Assembly (NCBI GenBank): GCA_040954595.2
Contig: CM082581.2
Coordinates: forward strand, 14,568,998-14,632,997
Direction of reading: 5' to 3'
DNA: 64,000 bases
Origin: Balanoglossus misakiensis
Taxonomy: Eukaryota > Animalia > Hemichordata
Program-made: the position numbers and the translations under genes
Shown: positions 39,261 through 52,000 of the stretch, in pieces
Position numbering within the stretch: position 1 is the first letter of the stretch
Layout: each line of letters begins with the position of its first letter
The notes under the pieces: generated by a model
What the model saw: only the letters and a program-made list of their open reading frames with translations
Databases searched by the model: none
Told to the model about the DNA's origin: nothing

Positions 39261-40053
39261 TTTTAAGAGTTTATAATGAGAATGAAGAGAAAACTTATAG
39301 ATTGTCTTCCGTCCAGTTTTCTAATAAAGTGACACAATCTCTCTTTTTGAGCTTTGAATGTTGTCAAGTATACATTGAATACTTGCATAAAAAATAATGA
39401 TTTTTAAAATCACCATTCTGTATCAAACGAATTTAATCTCTAAAAGATCAAAAAGAGAGAATGTTGCTGTTTAATCTATTGATCCAGTGGGGACTATGAC
39501 ATTGACTTTCCTTACATGTTCCCTTTAGCTCACTGGTTATGTGTTATGATAAAGATTGATTCAGATTAGGACACAGTATTAATTATTTAACTGTAGCCTA
39601 AATGTCCATAGATACAGTATTTCTTAGAATTACAAGTTTGCACAGAGCAAACTTTGTTCAGTGAATTTTGCAGTCAAAGGAATTTGATTCAATTTATGAA
39701 ATTGTTTGTGCCATTTCAGCCATTTGTTAATTTCAACACTAAACCTAACCCTACCCCTAACCCTAACTCTAACCCTAACACTAACCTTAACCCTAACACT
39801 AACACTAACAACTAATACTTTGGCTGGAATGGTAAACAGGCTCGGGGAAACTTTGTTTAATAATGGTCTCCAATTTGTTCACCAGTTAAAAGTTCACAGA
39901 TGAAAATATGTTAAAGTATTGTATTGTAATTCAATTTAAATTAGCTGTCATTCCCAAAACCTGATTGTGAAGGTCAGGAAAATTAAATAAATGGAATTGT
40001 ATGGGTACAAAATTGTTCTCTATGTATGCATTTATGAATGTATGTAATGTATG
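39208..40053 (+). repeat. Subtelomeric duplicated block, distal truncated copy
   Basis: Homologous to 27681-28853; breaks off within its TATG tract at 40053. Confidence 0.9.
39742..39810 (-). repeat. Short degenerate interstitial telomere-like tract, inverted relative to the true telomere
   Basis: acctaaccctacccctaaccctaactctaaccctaacactaaccttaaccctaacactaacactaac, about 11 CCCTAA-like hexamers on the + strand. Confidence 0.85.
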
Positions 40054-42615
40054 TCCCCCTCCAGCCTGCTCCAGTCCCCCTCCAGTCTGCGCCAGTCCCC
40101 CTCCAGTCTGCTCCAGTCCCCCTCCAGTCTGCTCCAGTCCCCCTCCAGTCTGCTCCAGTCCCCCTCCAGTCTGCTCCAGTCCCCCTCCAGTCTGCTCCAG
40201 TGCCCCTCCAGTCTGCTCCAGTGCCCCTCCAGCCTGCTCCAGTGCCCCTCCAGCCTGCTCCAGTGCCCCTCCAGCCTGCTCCAGAGCCCCTCCAGCCTGC
40301 TCCAGTGCCCCTCCAGTCTGCTCCAGTGCCCCTCCAGTCTGCTCCAGTCCCCCTCCAGTCTGCTCCAGTCCCCCTCCAGTCTGCTCCAGTGCCCCTCCAG
40401 TCTGCTCCAGTCCCCCTCCAGTCTGCTCCAGTCCCCCTCCAGTCTGCTCCAGTCTGCTCCAGTCCCCCTCCAGTCTGCTCCACTCACCCTCCAGCATGCT
40501 CCAGTCCCCCTCCAGTCTGCTCCACTCACCCTCCAGCATGCTCCAGCCCCCCTCCAGTCTGCTCCACTCACCCTCCAGTCTGCTCCAGTCCCCCTCCAGT
40601 CTGCTCCAGTCCCCCTACAGTCTGCTCCAGTCCCCCTCCAGTCTGCTCCAGTCCCCCTACAGTCTGCTCCAGTCCCCCTCCAGTCTGCTCCAGTCCCCCT
40701 ACAGTCTGCTCCAGTCCCCCTCCAGTCTGCTCCAGCCCCCCTCCAGTCTGCTCCAGTCCCCATCCAGCATGCTCCAGTCTGCTCCAGCCCCCCTCCAGCA
40801 TGCTCCAGTCCCCCTCCAGTCTGCTCCACTCCCCCTCCAGCATGCTCCAGTCCCCCTCCAGTCTGCTCCACTCACCCTCCAGCATGCTCCAGTCCCCCTC
40901 CAGTCTGCTCCACTCACCCTCCAGTCTGCTCCAGTCCCCCTCCAGCATGCTCCACTCCCCCTCCAGTCTGCTCCAGTCCCCTTCCAGCATGCTCCACTCC
41001 CCCTCCAGTCTGCTCCAATCCCCTTCCAGCATGCTCCACTCCCCCTCCAGTCTGCTCCAGTCCCCCTCCAGTCTGCTCCAGTCCCCCTCCAGCATGCTCC
41101 AGTCCCCCTCCAGTCTGCTCCAGTCCCCCTCCAGCATGCTCCAGTCCCCCTCCAGCAAGCTCCAGTCCCCTCCAGCATGCTCCAGTCCCCCTCCAGTCTG
41201 CTCCACTCCCCCTCCAGTCTGCTCCAGTCCCCCTCCAGTCTGCTCCACTCCCCCTCCAGTCTGCTCCAGTCCCCCTCCAGTCTGCTCCACTCCCCCTCCA
41301 GTCTGCTCCAGTCCCCCTCCAGTCTGCTCCACTCCCCCTCCAGCATGCTCCAGTCCCCCTCCAGTCTGCTCCACTCCCCCTCCAGCATGCTCCAGTCCCC
41401 CTCCAGTCTGCTCCACTCCCCCTCCAGCATGCTCCAGTCCCCCTCCAGTCTGCTCCACTCCCCCTCCAGTCTGCTCCAGTCCCCCTCCAGTCTGCTCCAC
41501 TCCCCCTCCAGCATGCTCCAGTCCCCCTCCAGTCTGCTCCAGTCCCCCTCCAGTCTGCTCCACTCCCCCTCCAGTCTGCTCCAGTCCCCCTCCAGCATGC
41601 TCCAGTCCCCCTCCAGTCTGCTCCACTCCCCCTCCAGCATGCTCCAGTCCCCCTCCAGTCTGCTCCACTCCCCCCTCCAGCATGCTCCAGTCCCCCTCCA
41701 GTCTGCTCCACTCCCCCTCCAGCATGCTCCAGTCCCCCTCCAGTCTGCTCCACTCCCCCTCCAGCATGCTCCAGTCCCCCTCCAGTCTGCTCCACTCCCC
41801 CTCCAGCATGCTCCAGTCCCCCTCCAGTCTGCTCCACTCCCCCTCCAGCATGCTCCAGTCCCCCTCAAGTCTGCTCCACTCCCCCTCCAGCATGCTCCAG
41901 TCCCCCTCAAGTCTGCTCCACTCCCCCTTCAGTCTCCTCCACTCCCCCTCCAGCATGCTCCACTCCCCCTCCAGTCTGCTCCAGTGCCCCTCCAGTCTGC
42001 TCCAGTGCCCCTCCAGTCTGCTCCAGTCCCCCTCCAGTCTGCTCCAGTGCCCCTACAGTCTGCTCCAGTCCCCCTCCAGTCCCCCTCCAGTCTGCTCCAG
42101 TCCCCCTCCAGTCTGATCCAGTGCCCCTCCAGTCTGCTCCAGTGCCCCTCCAGTCTGCTCCAGTGCCCCTCCAGTCTGCTCCAGTCCCCCCTCCAGTCTG
42201 CTCCAGTGCCCCTCCAGTCTGCTCCAGTGCCCCTCAAGTCTGCTCCAGTCCCCCTCAAGTCTGCTCCAGTCCCCCTCCAGTCTGCTCCAGTCCCCCCTCC
42301 AGTCTGCTCCAGTGCCCCTCCAGTCTGCTCCAGTGCCCCCTCCAGTCTGCTCCAGTCCCCCTCCAGTCCCCCTCCAGTCTGCTCCAGTCCCCCTCCAGTC
42401 TGCTCCAGTCCCCCCTCCAGTCTGCTCCAGTCCCCCTCCAGTCTGCTCCAGTCCCCCTCCAGTCTGCTCCAGTCCCCCTCCAGTCTGCTCCAGTCCCCCT
42501 CCAGTCTGCTCCAGTCCCCCTCCAGTCTGCTCCAGTCCCCCTCCAGCCTGCTCCAGTCCCCCTCCAGCCTGCTCAGGTCCCCCTCCAGCCTGCTCCAGTC
42601 CCCCTCCAGTCTGCT
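40054..42615 (+). repeat. 21-bp C-rich minisatellite (CCCCCTCCAGTCTGCTCCAGT)n, ~120 copies
   Basis: Read directly; built from two CTCCAG-containing half units, with cat/cac/tgc variants. Confidence 0.98.
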
Positions 42616-45600
42616 CGGATTCACAGGAAGTCGCCATCAACTTGGCCCAGATTCACCGCGCCGTTACCACAGGAAATCGCCGGCAACTTGGCCCAGATTC
42701 ACCGCGCCGTTACGACAGGAAGTCGCCAGCAACTTGGCCCAGATTCACCGCGCCGTTACCACCGGAAGTCGCCGGCAACTTGGCCCAGATTCTTGCGCCG
42801 TTACGACCGGAAGTCGCCGGCAACTTGGCCCAGATTCACAGCGCCGTTACGACCGGAAGTCGCCGCAACTTGGCCCGGATTCACAGGAAGTCTCCGGCAA
42901 CTTGGCCCAGATTCTTGCGCCGTTACGACCGGAAGTCGCCGGCAACTTGGCCCAGATTCACCGCGCCGTTACCACCGGAAGTCGCCGGCAACTTGGCCCA
43001 GATTCACCGTGCCGTTACGACCGGAAGTCGCCGGCAACTTGGCCTGGATTCACAGGAAGTCTCCGGCAACTTGGCCCAGATTCTTGCGCCGTTACGACCG
43101 GAAGTTGCCGGCAACTAGGCCCAGATTCACCGCGCCGTTACGACCGGAAGTCGCCGGCAACTTGGCCCGGATTCACAGGAAGTCGCCGGCAACTTGGCCC
43201 AGATTCACCGCGCCGTTACGACCGGAAGTCGCCGGCAACTTGGCCCAGATTCACGCTGTTACGACCGGAAGTCGCCATCAACTTGGCCCAGATTCACCGC
43301 GCCGTTACCACAGGAAGTCGCCGGCAACTTGGCCCAGATTCACCGCGCCGTTACGACAGGAAGTCGCCGGCAACTTGGCCCAGATTCACCACGCCTTTAC
43401 GACCGGAAGTCGCCGCAACTTGGCCCGGATTCACTGCGCCGTTCCGACCGGAAGTCGCCGGCAACTTGGCCAAGATTCACCTCGCCGTTACGACCGGAAG
43501 TCGCCGGCAACTTGGCCCAGATTCACACCGTTACGACCGGAAGTCGCCATCAACTTGGCCCAGATTCACCGCGCCGTTACCACAGGAAGTCGCCGACAAC
43601 TTGGCCCAGATTCACACCGTTACGACCGGAAGTCGCCATCAACTTGGCCCAGATTCACCGCGCCGTTACGACAGGAAGTCGCCGGCAACTTGGCCCAGAT
43701 TCACCGCGCCGTTACCACCGGAAGTCGCCGGCAACTTGGCCCAGATTCTTGCGCCGTTACGACCGGAAGTCACCGGCAACTTGGCCCAGATTCACAGCGC
43801 CGTTACGACCGGAAGTCGCCGCAACTTGGCCCGGATTCACAGGAAGTCTCCGGCAACTTGGCCCAGATTCTTGCGCCGTTACGACCGGAAGTCGCCGGCA
43901 ACTTGGCCCAGATTCACCGCGCCGTTACCACCGGAAGTCGCCGGCAACTTGGCCCAGAATCACCGCGCCGTTACCACCGGAAGTCGCCGGCAACTTGGCC
44001 CTGATTTACCGCACCGTTACGACGGGAAGTCGCCGCAACTTGGCCCGGATTCACAGGAAGTCTCCGGCAACTTGGCCCAGATTCTTGCGCCGTTACGACC
44101 GGAAGTCGCCATCAACTTTGCCCAGATTCACCGCGCCGTTACCACAGGAAGTCGCCGGCAACTTGGTCCAGATTCACCGCGCCGTTACGACAGGAAGTCG
44201 CCGGCAACTTGGCCCAGATTCACCGCGCCGTTACCACCGGAAGTCGCCGGCAACTTGGCCCTGATTCACCGCGCCGTTACGACCGGAAGTCGCCGGCAAC
44301 TTGGCCCAGATTCTTGCGCCGTTACGACCGGAAGTCGCCGGCAACTTGGCCCAGATTCACAGCGCCGTTACGACCGGAAGTCGCCATCAACTTGGCCCAG
44401 ATTCACCGTGCCGTTACCACAGGAAGTCGCCGGCAACTTGGTCCAGATTCACCGCGCCGTTACGACAGGAAGTCGCCGGCAACTTGGTCCAGATTCACCG
44501 CGCCGTTACCACCGGAAGTCGCCGGCAACTTGGCCCAGATTCACCGCGCCGTTACGACCGGAAGTCGCCGGCAACTTGGCCCAGATTCTTGCGCCGTTAC
44601 GACCGGAAGTCGCCGGCAACTTGGCCCAGATTCACAGCGCCGTTACGACCGGAAGTCGCCATCAACTTGGCCCAGATTCACCGCGCCGTTACCACAGGAA
44701 GTCGCCGGCAACTTGGCCCAGATTCACCGCGCCGTTACGACAGGAAGTCGCCGGCAACTTGGCCCAGATTCACCATGCCTTTACGACCGGAAGTCGCCGC
44801 AACTTGGCCCGGATTCACTGCGCCGTTCCGACCGGAAGTCGCCGGCAACTTGGCCAAGATTCACCTCGCCGTTACGACCGGAAGTCGCCGGCAACTTGGC
44901 CCAGATTCACGCCGTTACGACCGGAAGTCGCCATCAACTTGGCCCAGATTCACCGCGCCGTTACCACAGGAAGTCGCCGGCAACTTGGCCCAGATTCACC
45001 GCGCCGTTACGACAGGAAGTCGCCGGCAACTTGGCCCAGATTCACCGCGCCGTTACCACCGGAAGTCGCCGGCAACTTGGCCCAGATTCACCGCGCCGTT
45101 ACCACCGGAAGTCGCCGGCAACTTGGCCCAGATTCTTGCGCCGTTACGACCGGAAGTCGCCGGCAACTTGGCCCAGATTCACGCCGTTACGACCGGAAGT
45201 CGCCATCAACTTGGCCCAGATTCACCGCGCCGTTACCACAGGAAGTCGCCGGCAACTTGGCCCAGATTCACCGCGCCGTTACGACAGAAAGTCGCCGGCA
45301 ACTTGGCCCAGATTCACCACGCCTTTACGACCGGAAGTCGCCGCAACTTGGCCCGGATTCACAGGAAGTCCCCGGCAACTTGGCCCAGATTCTTGCGCCG
45401 TTACGACCGGAAGTCGCCGGCAACTTGGCCCAGATTCTTGCGCCGTTACGACCGGAAGTCGCCGGCAACTTGGCCCAGATTCACGCCGTTACGACCGGAA
45501 GTCGCCATCAACTTGGCCCAGATTCACCGCGCCGTTACCACAGGAAGTCGCCGGCAACTTGGCCCAGATTCACCGCGCCGTTACGACAGAAAGTCGCCGG

Positions 45601-46082
45601 CAACTTGGCCCAGATTCACCACGCCTTTACGACCGGAAGTCGCCGCAACTTGGCCCGGATTCACAGGAAGTCCCCGGCAACTTGGCCCAGATTCTTGCGC
45701 CGTTACGACCGGAAGTCGCCGGCAACTTGGCCCAGATTCACCGCGCCGTTACCACCGGAAGTCCTCGGCAACTTGGCCCGGATTCACAGGAAGTCTCCGG
45801 CAACTTGGCCCAGATTCTTGCGCCGTTACGACCGGAAGTCGCCGGCAACTTGGCCCAGATTCACCGCGCCGTTACCACCGGAAGTCGCCGGCAACTTGGC
45901 CCTGATTCACCGCGGCGTTACGACCGGAAGTTGCCGCAACTTGGCCCGGATTCACAGGAAGTCTCCGGCAACTTGGCCCAGATTCTTGCGCTGTTACGAC
46001 CGGAAGTCGCCGGCAACTTGGCCCAGATTCACCGCGCCGTTACGACCGGAAGTCGCCGGCAACTTGGCCCGGATTCACCACG
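42616..46082 (+). repeat. 46-bp CpG-rich satellite, main block (variants of 45, 43 and ~31 bp)
   Basis: Consensus CCCAGATTCACCGCGCCGTTACGACCGGAAGTCGCCGGCAACTTGG; period 46 (42646, 42692, 42738). Confidence 0.98.
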
Positions 46083-49000
46083 CCAACCAGATACCCAACC
46101 CCTTCGACCGCCAGGCTACGGCCGGAAGTGGAGGCCAACCTGATACCCAACCCCTTCGACCGCCAGGCTACGGCCGGAAGTGGAGGCCAACCTGATACCC
46201 AACCCCTTCGACCGCCAGGCTACGGCCGGAAGTGGAGGCCAACCTGATACCCAACCCCTTCGACCGCCAGGCTACGGCCGGAAGTGGAGGCCAACCAGAT
46301 ACCCAACCCCTTCGACCGCCAGGCTACGGCCGGAAGTGGAGGCCAACCAGATACCCAACCCCTTCGACCGCCAGGCTACGGCCGGAAGTGGAGGCCAACC
46401 TGATACCCAACCCCTTCGACCGCCAGGCTACGGCCGGAAGTGGAGGCCAACCTGATACCCAACCCCTTCGACCGCCAGGCTACGGCCGGAAGTGGAGGCC
46501 AACCAGATACCCAACCCCTTCGACCGCCAGGCTACGGCCGGAAGTGGAGGCCAACCTGATACCCAACCCCTTCGACCGCCAGGCTACGGCCGGAAGTGGA
46601 GGCCAACCTGATACCCAACCCCTTCGACCGCCAGGCTACGGCCGGAAGTGGAGGCCAACCTGATACCCAACCCCTTCGACCGCCAGGCTACGGCCGGAAG
46701 TGGAGGCCAACCTGATACCCAACCCCTTCGACCGCCAGGCTACGGCCGGAAGTGGAGGCCAACCTGATACCCAACCCCTTCGACCGCCAGGCTACGGCCG
46801 GAAGTGGAGGCCAACCTGATACCCAACCCCTTCGACCGCCAGGCTACGGCCGGAAGTGGAGGCCAACCTGATACCCAACCCCTACGACCGCCAGGCTACG
46901 GCCGGAAGTGGAGGCCAACCTGATACCCAACCCCTTCGACCGCCAGGCTACGGCCGGAAGTGGAGGCCAACCTGATACCCAACCCCTTCGACCGCCAGGC
47001 TACGGCCGGAAGTGGAGGCCAACCTGATACCCAACCCCTTCGACCGCCAGGCTACGGCCGGAAGTGGAGGCCAACCTGATACCCAACCCCTTCGACCGCC
47101 AGGCTACGGCCGGAAGTGGAGGCCAACCTGATACCCAACCCCTTCGACCGCCAGGCTACGGCCGGAAGTGGAGGCCAACCTGATACCCAACCCCTTCGAC
47201 CGCCAGGCTACGGCCGGAAGTGGAGGCCAACCTGATACCCAACCCCTTCGACCGCCAGGCTACGGCCGGAAGTGGAGGCCAACCAGATACCCAACCCCTT
47301 CGACCGCCAGGCTACGGCCGGAAGTGGAGGCCAACCTGATACCCAACCCCTTCGACCGCCAGGCTACGGCCGGAAGTGGAGGCCAACCTGATACCCAACC
47401 CCTTCGACCGCCAGGCTACGGCCGGAAGTGGAGGCCAACCTGATACCCAACCCCTTCGACTGCCAGGCTACGGCCGGAAGTGGAGGCCAACCTGATACCC
47501 AACCCCTTCGACCGCCAGGCTACGGCCGGAAGTGGAGGCCAACCTGATACCCAACCCCTTCGACCGCCAGGCTACGGCCGGAAGTGGAGGCCAACCAGAT
47601 ACCCAACCCCTTCGACCGCCAGGCTACGGCCGGAAGTGGAGGCCAACCTGATACCCAACCCCTTCGACCGCCAGGCTACGGCCGGAAGTGGAGGCCAACC
47701 AGATACCCAACCCCTTCGACTGCCAGGCTACGGCCGGAAGTGGAGGCCAACCTGATACCCAACCCCTTCGACCGCCAGGCTACGGCCGGAAGTGGAGGCC
47801 AACCTGATACCCAACCCCTTCGACCGCCAGGCTACGGCCGGAAGTGGAGGCCAACCTGATACCCAACCCCTTCGACCGCCAGGCTACGGCCGGAAGTGGA
47901 GGCCAACCTGATACCCAACCCCATCGACCGCCAGGCTACGGCCGGAAGTGGAGGCCAACCTGATACCCAACCCCTTCGACCGCCAGGCTACGGCCGGAAG
48001 TGGAGGCCAACCTTATACCCAACCGCGCCATTACCACAGGAAGTCGCCGGCAACTTGGCCCAGATTCACCGCGCCGTTACGACAGGAAGTCGCCGGCAAC
48101 TTGGCCCAGATTCACCACGCCTTTACGACCGGAAGTCGCCGCAACTTGGCCCGGATTCACAGGAAGTCCCCGGCAACTTGGCCCAGATTCTTGCGCCGTT
48201 ACGACCGGAAGTCGCCGGCAACTTGGCCCAGATTCACCGCGCCGTTACCACCGGAAGTCGTCGGCAACTTGGCCCGGATTCACAGGAAGTCTCCGGCAAC
48301 TTGGCCCAGATTCTTGCGCCGTTACGACCGGAAGTCGCCGGCAACTTGGCCCAGATTCACCGCGCCATTACCACCGGAAGTCGCCGGCAACTTGGCCCTG
48401 ATTCACCGCGCCGTTACGACCGGAAGTTGCCGCAACTTGGCCCGGATTCACAGGAAGTCTCCGGCAACTTGGCCCAGATTCTTGCGCCGTTACGACCGGA
48501 AGTCGCCGGCAACTTGGCCCAGATTCACCGCGCCGTTACGACCGGAAGTCGCCGGCAACTTGGCCCGGATTCACCACGCCAACCAGATACCCAACCCCTT
48601 CGACCGCCAGGCTACGGCCGGAAGTGGAGGCCAACCTGATACCCAACCCCTTCGACCGCCAGGCTACGGCCGGAAGTGGAGGCCAACCTGATACCCAACC
48701 CCTTCGACCGCCAGGCTACGGCCGGAAGTGGAGGCCAACCTGATACCCAACCCCTTCGACCGCCAGGCTACGGCCGGAAGTGGAGGCCAACCTGATACCC
48801 AACCCCTTCGACCGCAAGGCTACGGCCGGAAGTGGAGGCCAACCTGATACCCAACCCCTTCGACCGCCAGGCTACGGCCGGAAGTGGAGGCCAACCTGAT
48901 ACCCAACGCCTTCGACCGCCAGGCTACGGCCGGAAGTGGAGGCCAACCTGATACCCAACCCCTTCGACCGCCAGGCTACGGCCGGAAGTGGAGGCCAACC

Positions 49001-52000
49001 TGATACCCAACCCCTTCGACCGCCAGGCTACGGCCGGAAGTGGAGGCCAACCAGATACCCAACCCCTTCGACCGCCAGGCTACGGCCGGAAGTGGAGGCC
49101 AACCTTATACCCAACCGCGCCATTACCACAGGAAGTCGCCGGCAACTTGGCCCAGATTCACCGCGCCGTTACCACCGGAAGTCGTCGGCAACTTGGCCCG
49201 GATTCACAGGAAGTCTCCGGCAACTTGGCCCAGATTCTTGCGCCGTTACGACCGGAAGTCGCCGGCAACTTGGCCCAGATTCACCGCGCCGTTACCACCG
49301 GAAGTCGCCGGCAACTTGGCCCTGATTCACCGCGCCGTTACGACCGGAAGTTGCCGCAACTTGGCCCGGATTCACAGGAAGTCTCCGGCAACTTGGCCCA
49401 GATTCTTGCGCCGTTACGACCGGAAGTCGCCGGCAACTTGGCCCAGATTCACCGCGCCGTTACGACCGGAAGTCGCCGGCAACTTGGCCCGGATTCACCA
49501 CGCCAACCAGATACCCAACCCCTTCGACCGCCAGGCTACGGCCGGAAGTGGAGGCCAACCTGATACCCAACCCCTTCGACCGCCAGGCTACGGCCGGAAG
49601 TGGAGGCCAACCTGATACCCAACCCCTTCGACCGCCAGGCTACGGCCGGAAGTGGAGGCCAACCTGATACCCAACCCCTTCGACCGCCAGGCTACGGCCG
49701 GAAGTGGAGGCCAACCTGATACCCAACCCCTTCGACCGCCAGGCTACGGCCGGAAGTGGAGGCCAACCTGATACCCAACCCCTTCGACCGCCAGGCTACG
49801 GCCGGAAGTGGAGGCCAACCTGATACCCAACCCCTTCGACCGCCAGGCTACGGCCGGAAGTGGAGGCCAACCTGATACCCAACCCCTTCGACCGCCAGGC
49901 TACGGCCGGAAGTGGAGGCCAACCTGATACCCAACCCCTTCGACCGCCAGGCTACGGCCGGAAGTGGAGGCCAACCAGATACCCAACCCCTTCGACCGCC
50001 AGGCTACGGCCGGAAGTGGAGGCCAACCTTATACCCAACCGCGCCATTACCACAGGAATTCGCCGGCAACTTGGCCCAGATTCACCGCGCCGTTACGACA
50101 GGAAGTCGCCGGCAACTTGGCCCAGATTCACCACGCCTTTACGACCGGAAGTCGCCGCAACTTGGCCCGGATTCACAGGAAGTCCCCGGCAACTTGGCCC
50201 AGATTCTTGCGCCGTTACGACCGGAAGTCGCCGGCAACTTGGCCCAGATTCACCGCGCCGTTACCACCGGAAGTCGTCGGCAACTTGGCCCGGATTCACA
50301 GGAAGTCCCCGGCAACTTGGCCCAGATTCTTGCGCCGTTACGACCGGAAGTCGCCGGCAACTTGGCCCAGATTCACCGCGCCGTTACCACCGGAAGTCGC
50401 CGGCAACTTGGCCCTGATTCACCGCGCCGTTACGACCGGAAGTTGCCGCAACTTGGCCCAGATTCACCGCGCCGTTACCACCGGAAGTCGTCGGCAACTT
50501 GGCCCGGATTCACAGGAAGTCTCCGGCAACTTGGCCCAGATTCTTGCGCCGTTACGACCGGAAGTCGCCGGCAACTTGGCCCAGATTCACCGCGCCGTTA
50601 CCACCGGAAGTCGCCGGCAACTTGGCCCTGATTCACCGCGCCGTTACGACCGGAAGTTGCCGCAACTTGGCCCGGATTCACAGGAAGTCTCCGGCAACTT
50701 GGCCCAGATTCTTGCGCCGTTACGACCGGAAGTCGCTGGCAACTTGGCCCAGATTCACCGCGCCGTTACGACCGGAAGTCGCCGGCAACTTGGCCCGGAT
50801 TCACCACGCCAACCAGATACCCAACCCCTTCGACCGCCAGGCTACGGCCGGAAGTGGAGGCCAACCTGATACCCAACCCCTTCGACCGCCAGGCTACGGC
50901 CGGAAGTGGAGGCCAACCAGATACCCAACCCCTTCGACCGCCAGGCTACGGCCGGAAGTGGAGGCCAACCTGATACCCAACCCCTTCGACCGCCAGGCTA
51001 CGGCCGGAAGTGGAGGCCAACCTGATACCCAACCCCTTCGACTGCCAGGCTACGGCCGGAAGTGGAGGCCAACCTGATACCCAACCCCTTCGACCGCCAG
51101 GCTACGGCCGGAAGTGGAGGCCAACCTGATACCCAACCCCTTCGACCGCCAGGCTACGGCCGGAAGTGGAGGCCAACCTGATACCCAACCCCTTCGACCG
51201 CCAGGCTACGGCCGGAAGTGGAGGCCAACCTGATACCCAACCCCTTCGACCGCCAGGCTACGGCCGGAAGTGGAGGCCAACCTGATACCCAACCCCTTCG
51301 ACCGCCAGGCTACGGCCGGAAGTGGAGGCCAACCTGATACCCAACCCCTTCGACCGCCAGGCTACGGCCGGAAGTGGAGGCCAACCTGATACCCAACCCC
51401 TTCGACCGCCAGGCTACGGCCGGAAGTGGAGGCCAACCTGATACCCAACCCCTTCGACCGCCAGGCTACGGCCGGAAGTGGAGGCCAACCTGATACCCAA
51501 CCCCTTCGACCGCCAGGCTACGGCCGGAAGTGGAGGCCAACCTGATACCCAACCCCTTCGACCGCCAGGCTACGGCCGGAAGTGGAGGCCAACCTGATAC
51601 CCAACCCCTTCGACCGCCAGGCTACGGCCGGAAGTGGAGGCCAACCTGATACCCAACCCCTTCGACCGCCAGGCTACGGCCGGAAGTGGAGGCCAACCTG
51701 ATACCCAACCCCTTCGACCGCCAGGCTACGGCCGGAAGTGGAGGCCAACCAGATACCCAACCCCTTCGACCGCCAGGCTACGGCCGGAAGTGGAGGCCAA
51801 CCTTATACCCAACCGCGCCATTACCACAGGAAGTCGCCGGCAACTTGGCCCAGATTCACCGCGCCGTTACGACAGGAAGTCGCCGGCAACTTGGCCCAGA
51901 TTCACCACGCCTTTACGACCGGAAGTCGCCGCAACTTGGCCCGGATTCACAGGAAGTCCCCGGCAACTTGGCCCAGATTCTTGCGCCGTTACGACCGGAA

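Noticed and set aside
39931-46195. Very long ORFs (2064, 1317 and 692 aa, and antisense ones)
   Set aside because: The 21-mer and 46-mer consensus lack stop codons on the + strand, so all frames are open. Monomer indels shift frames freely and no domain is recognisable.
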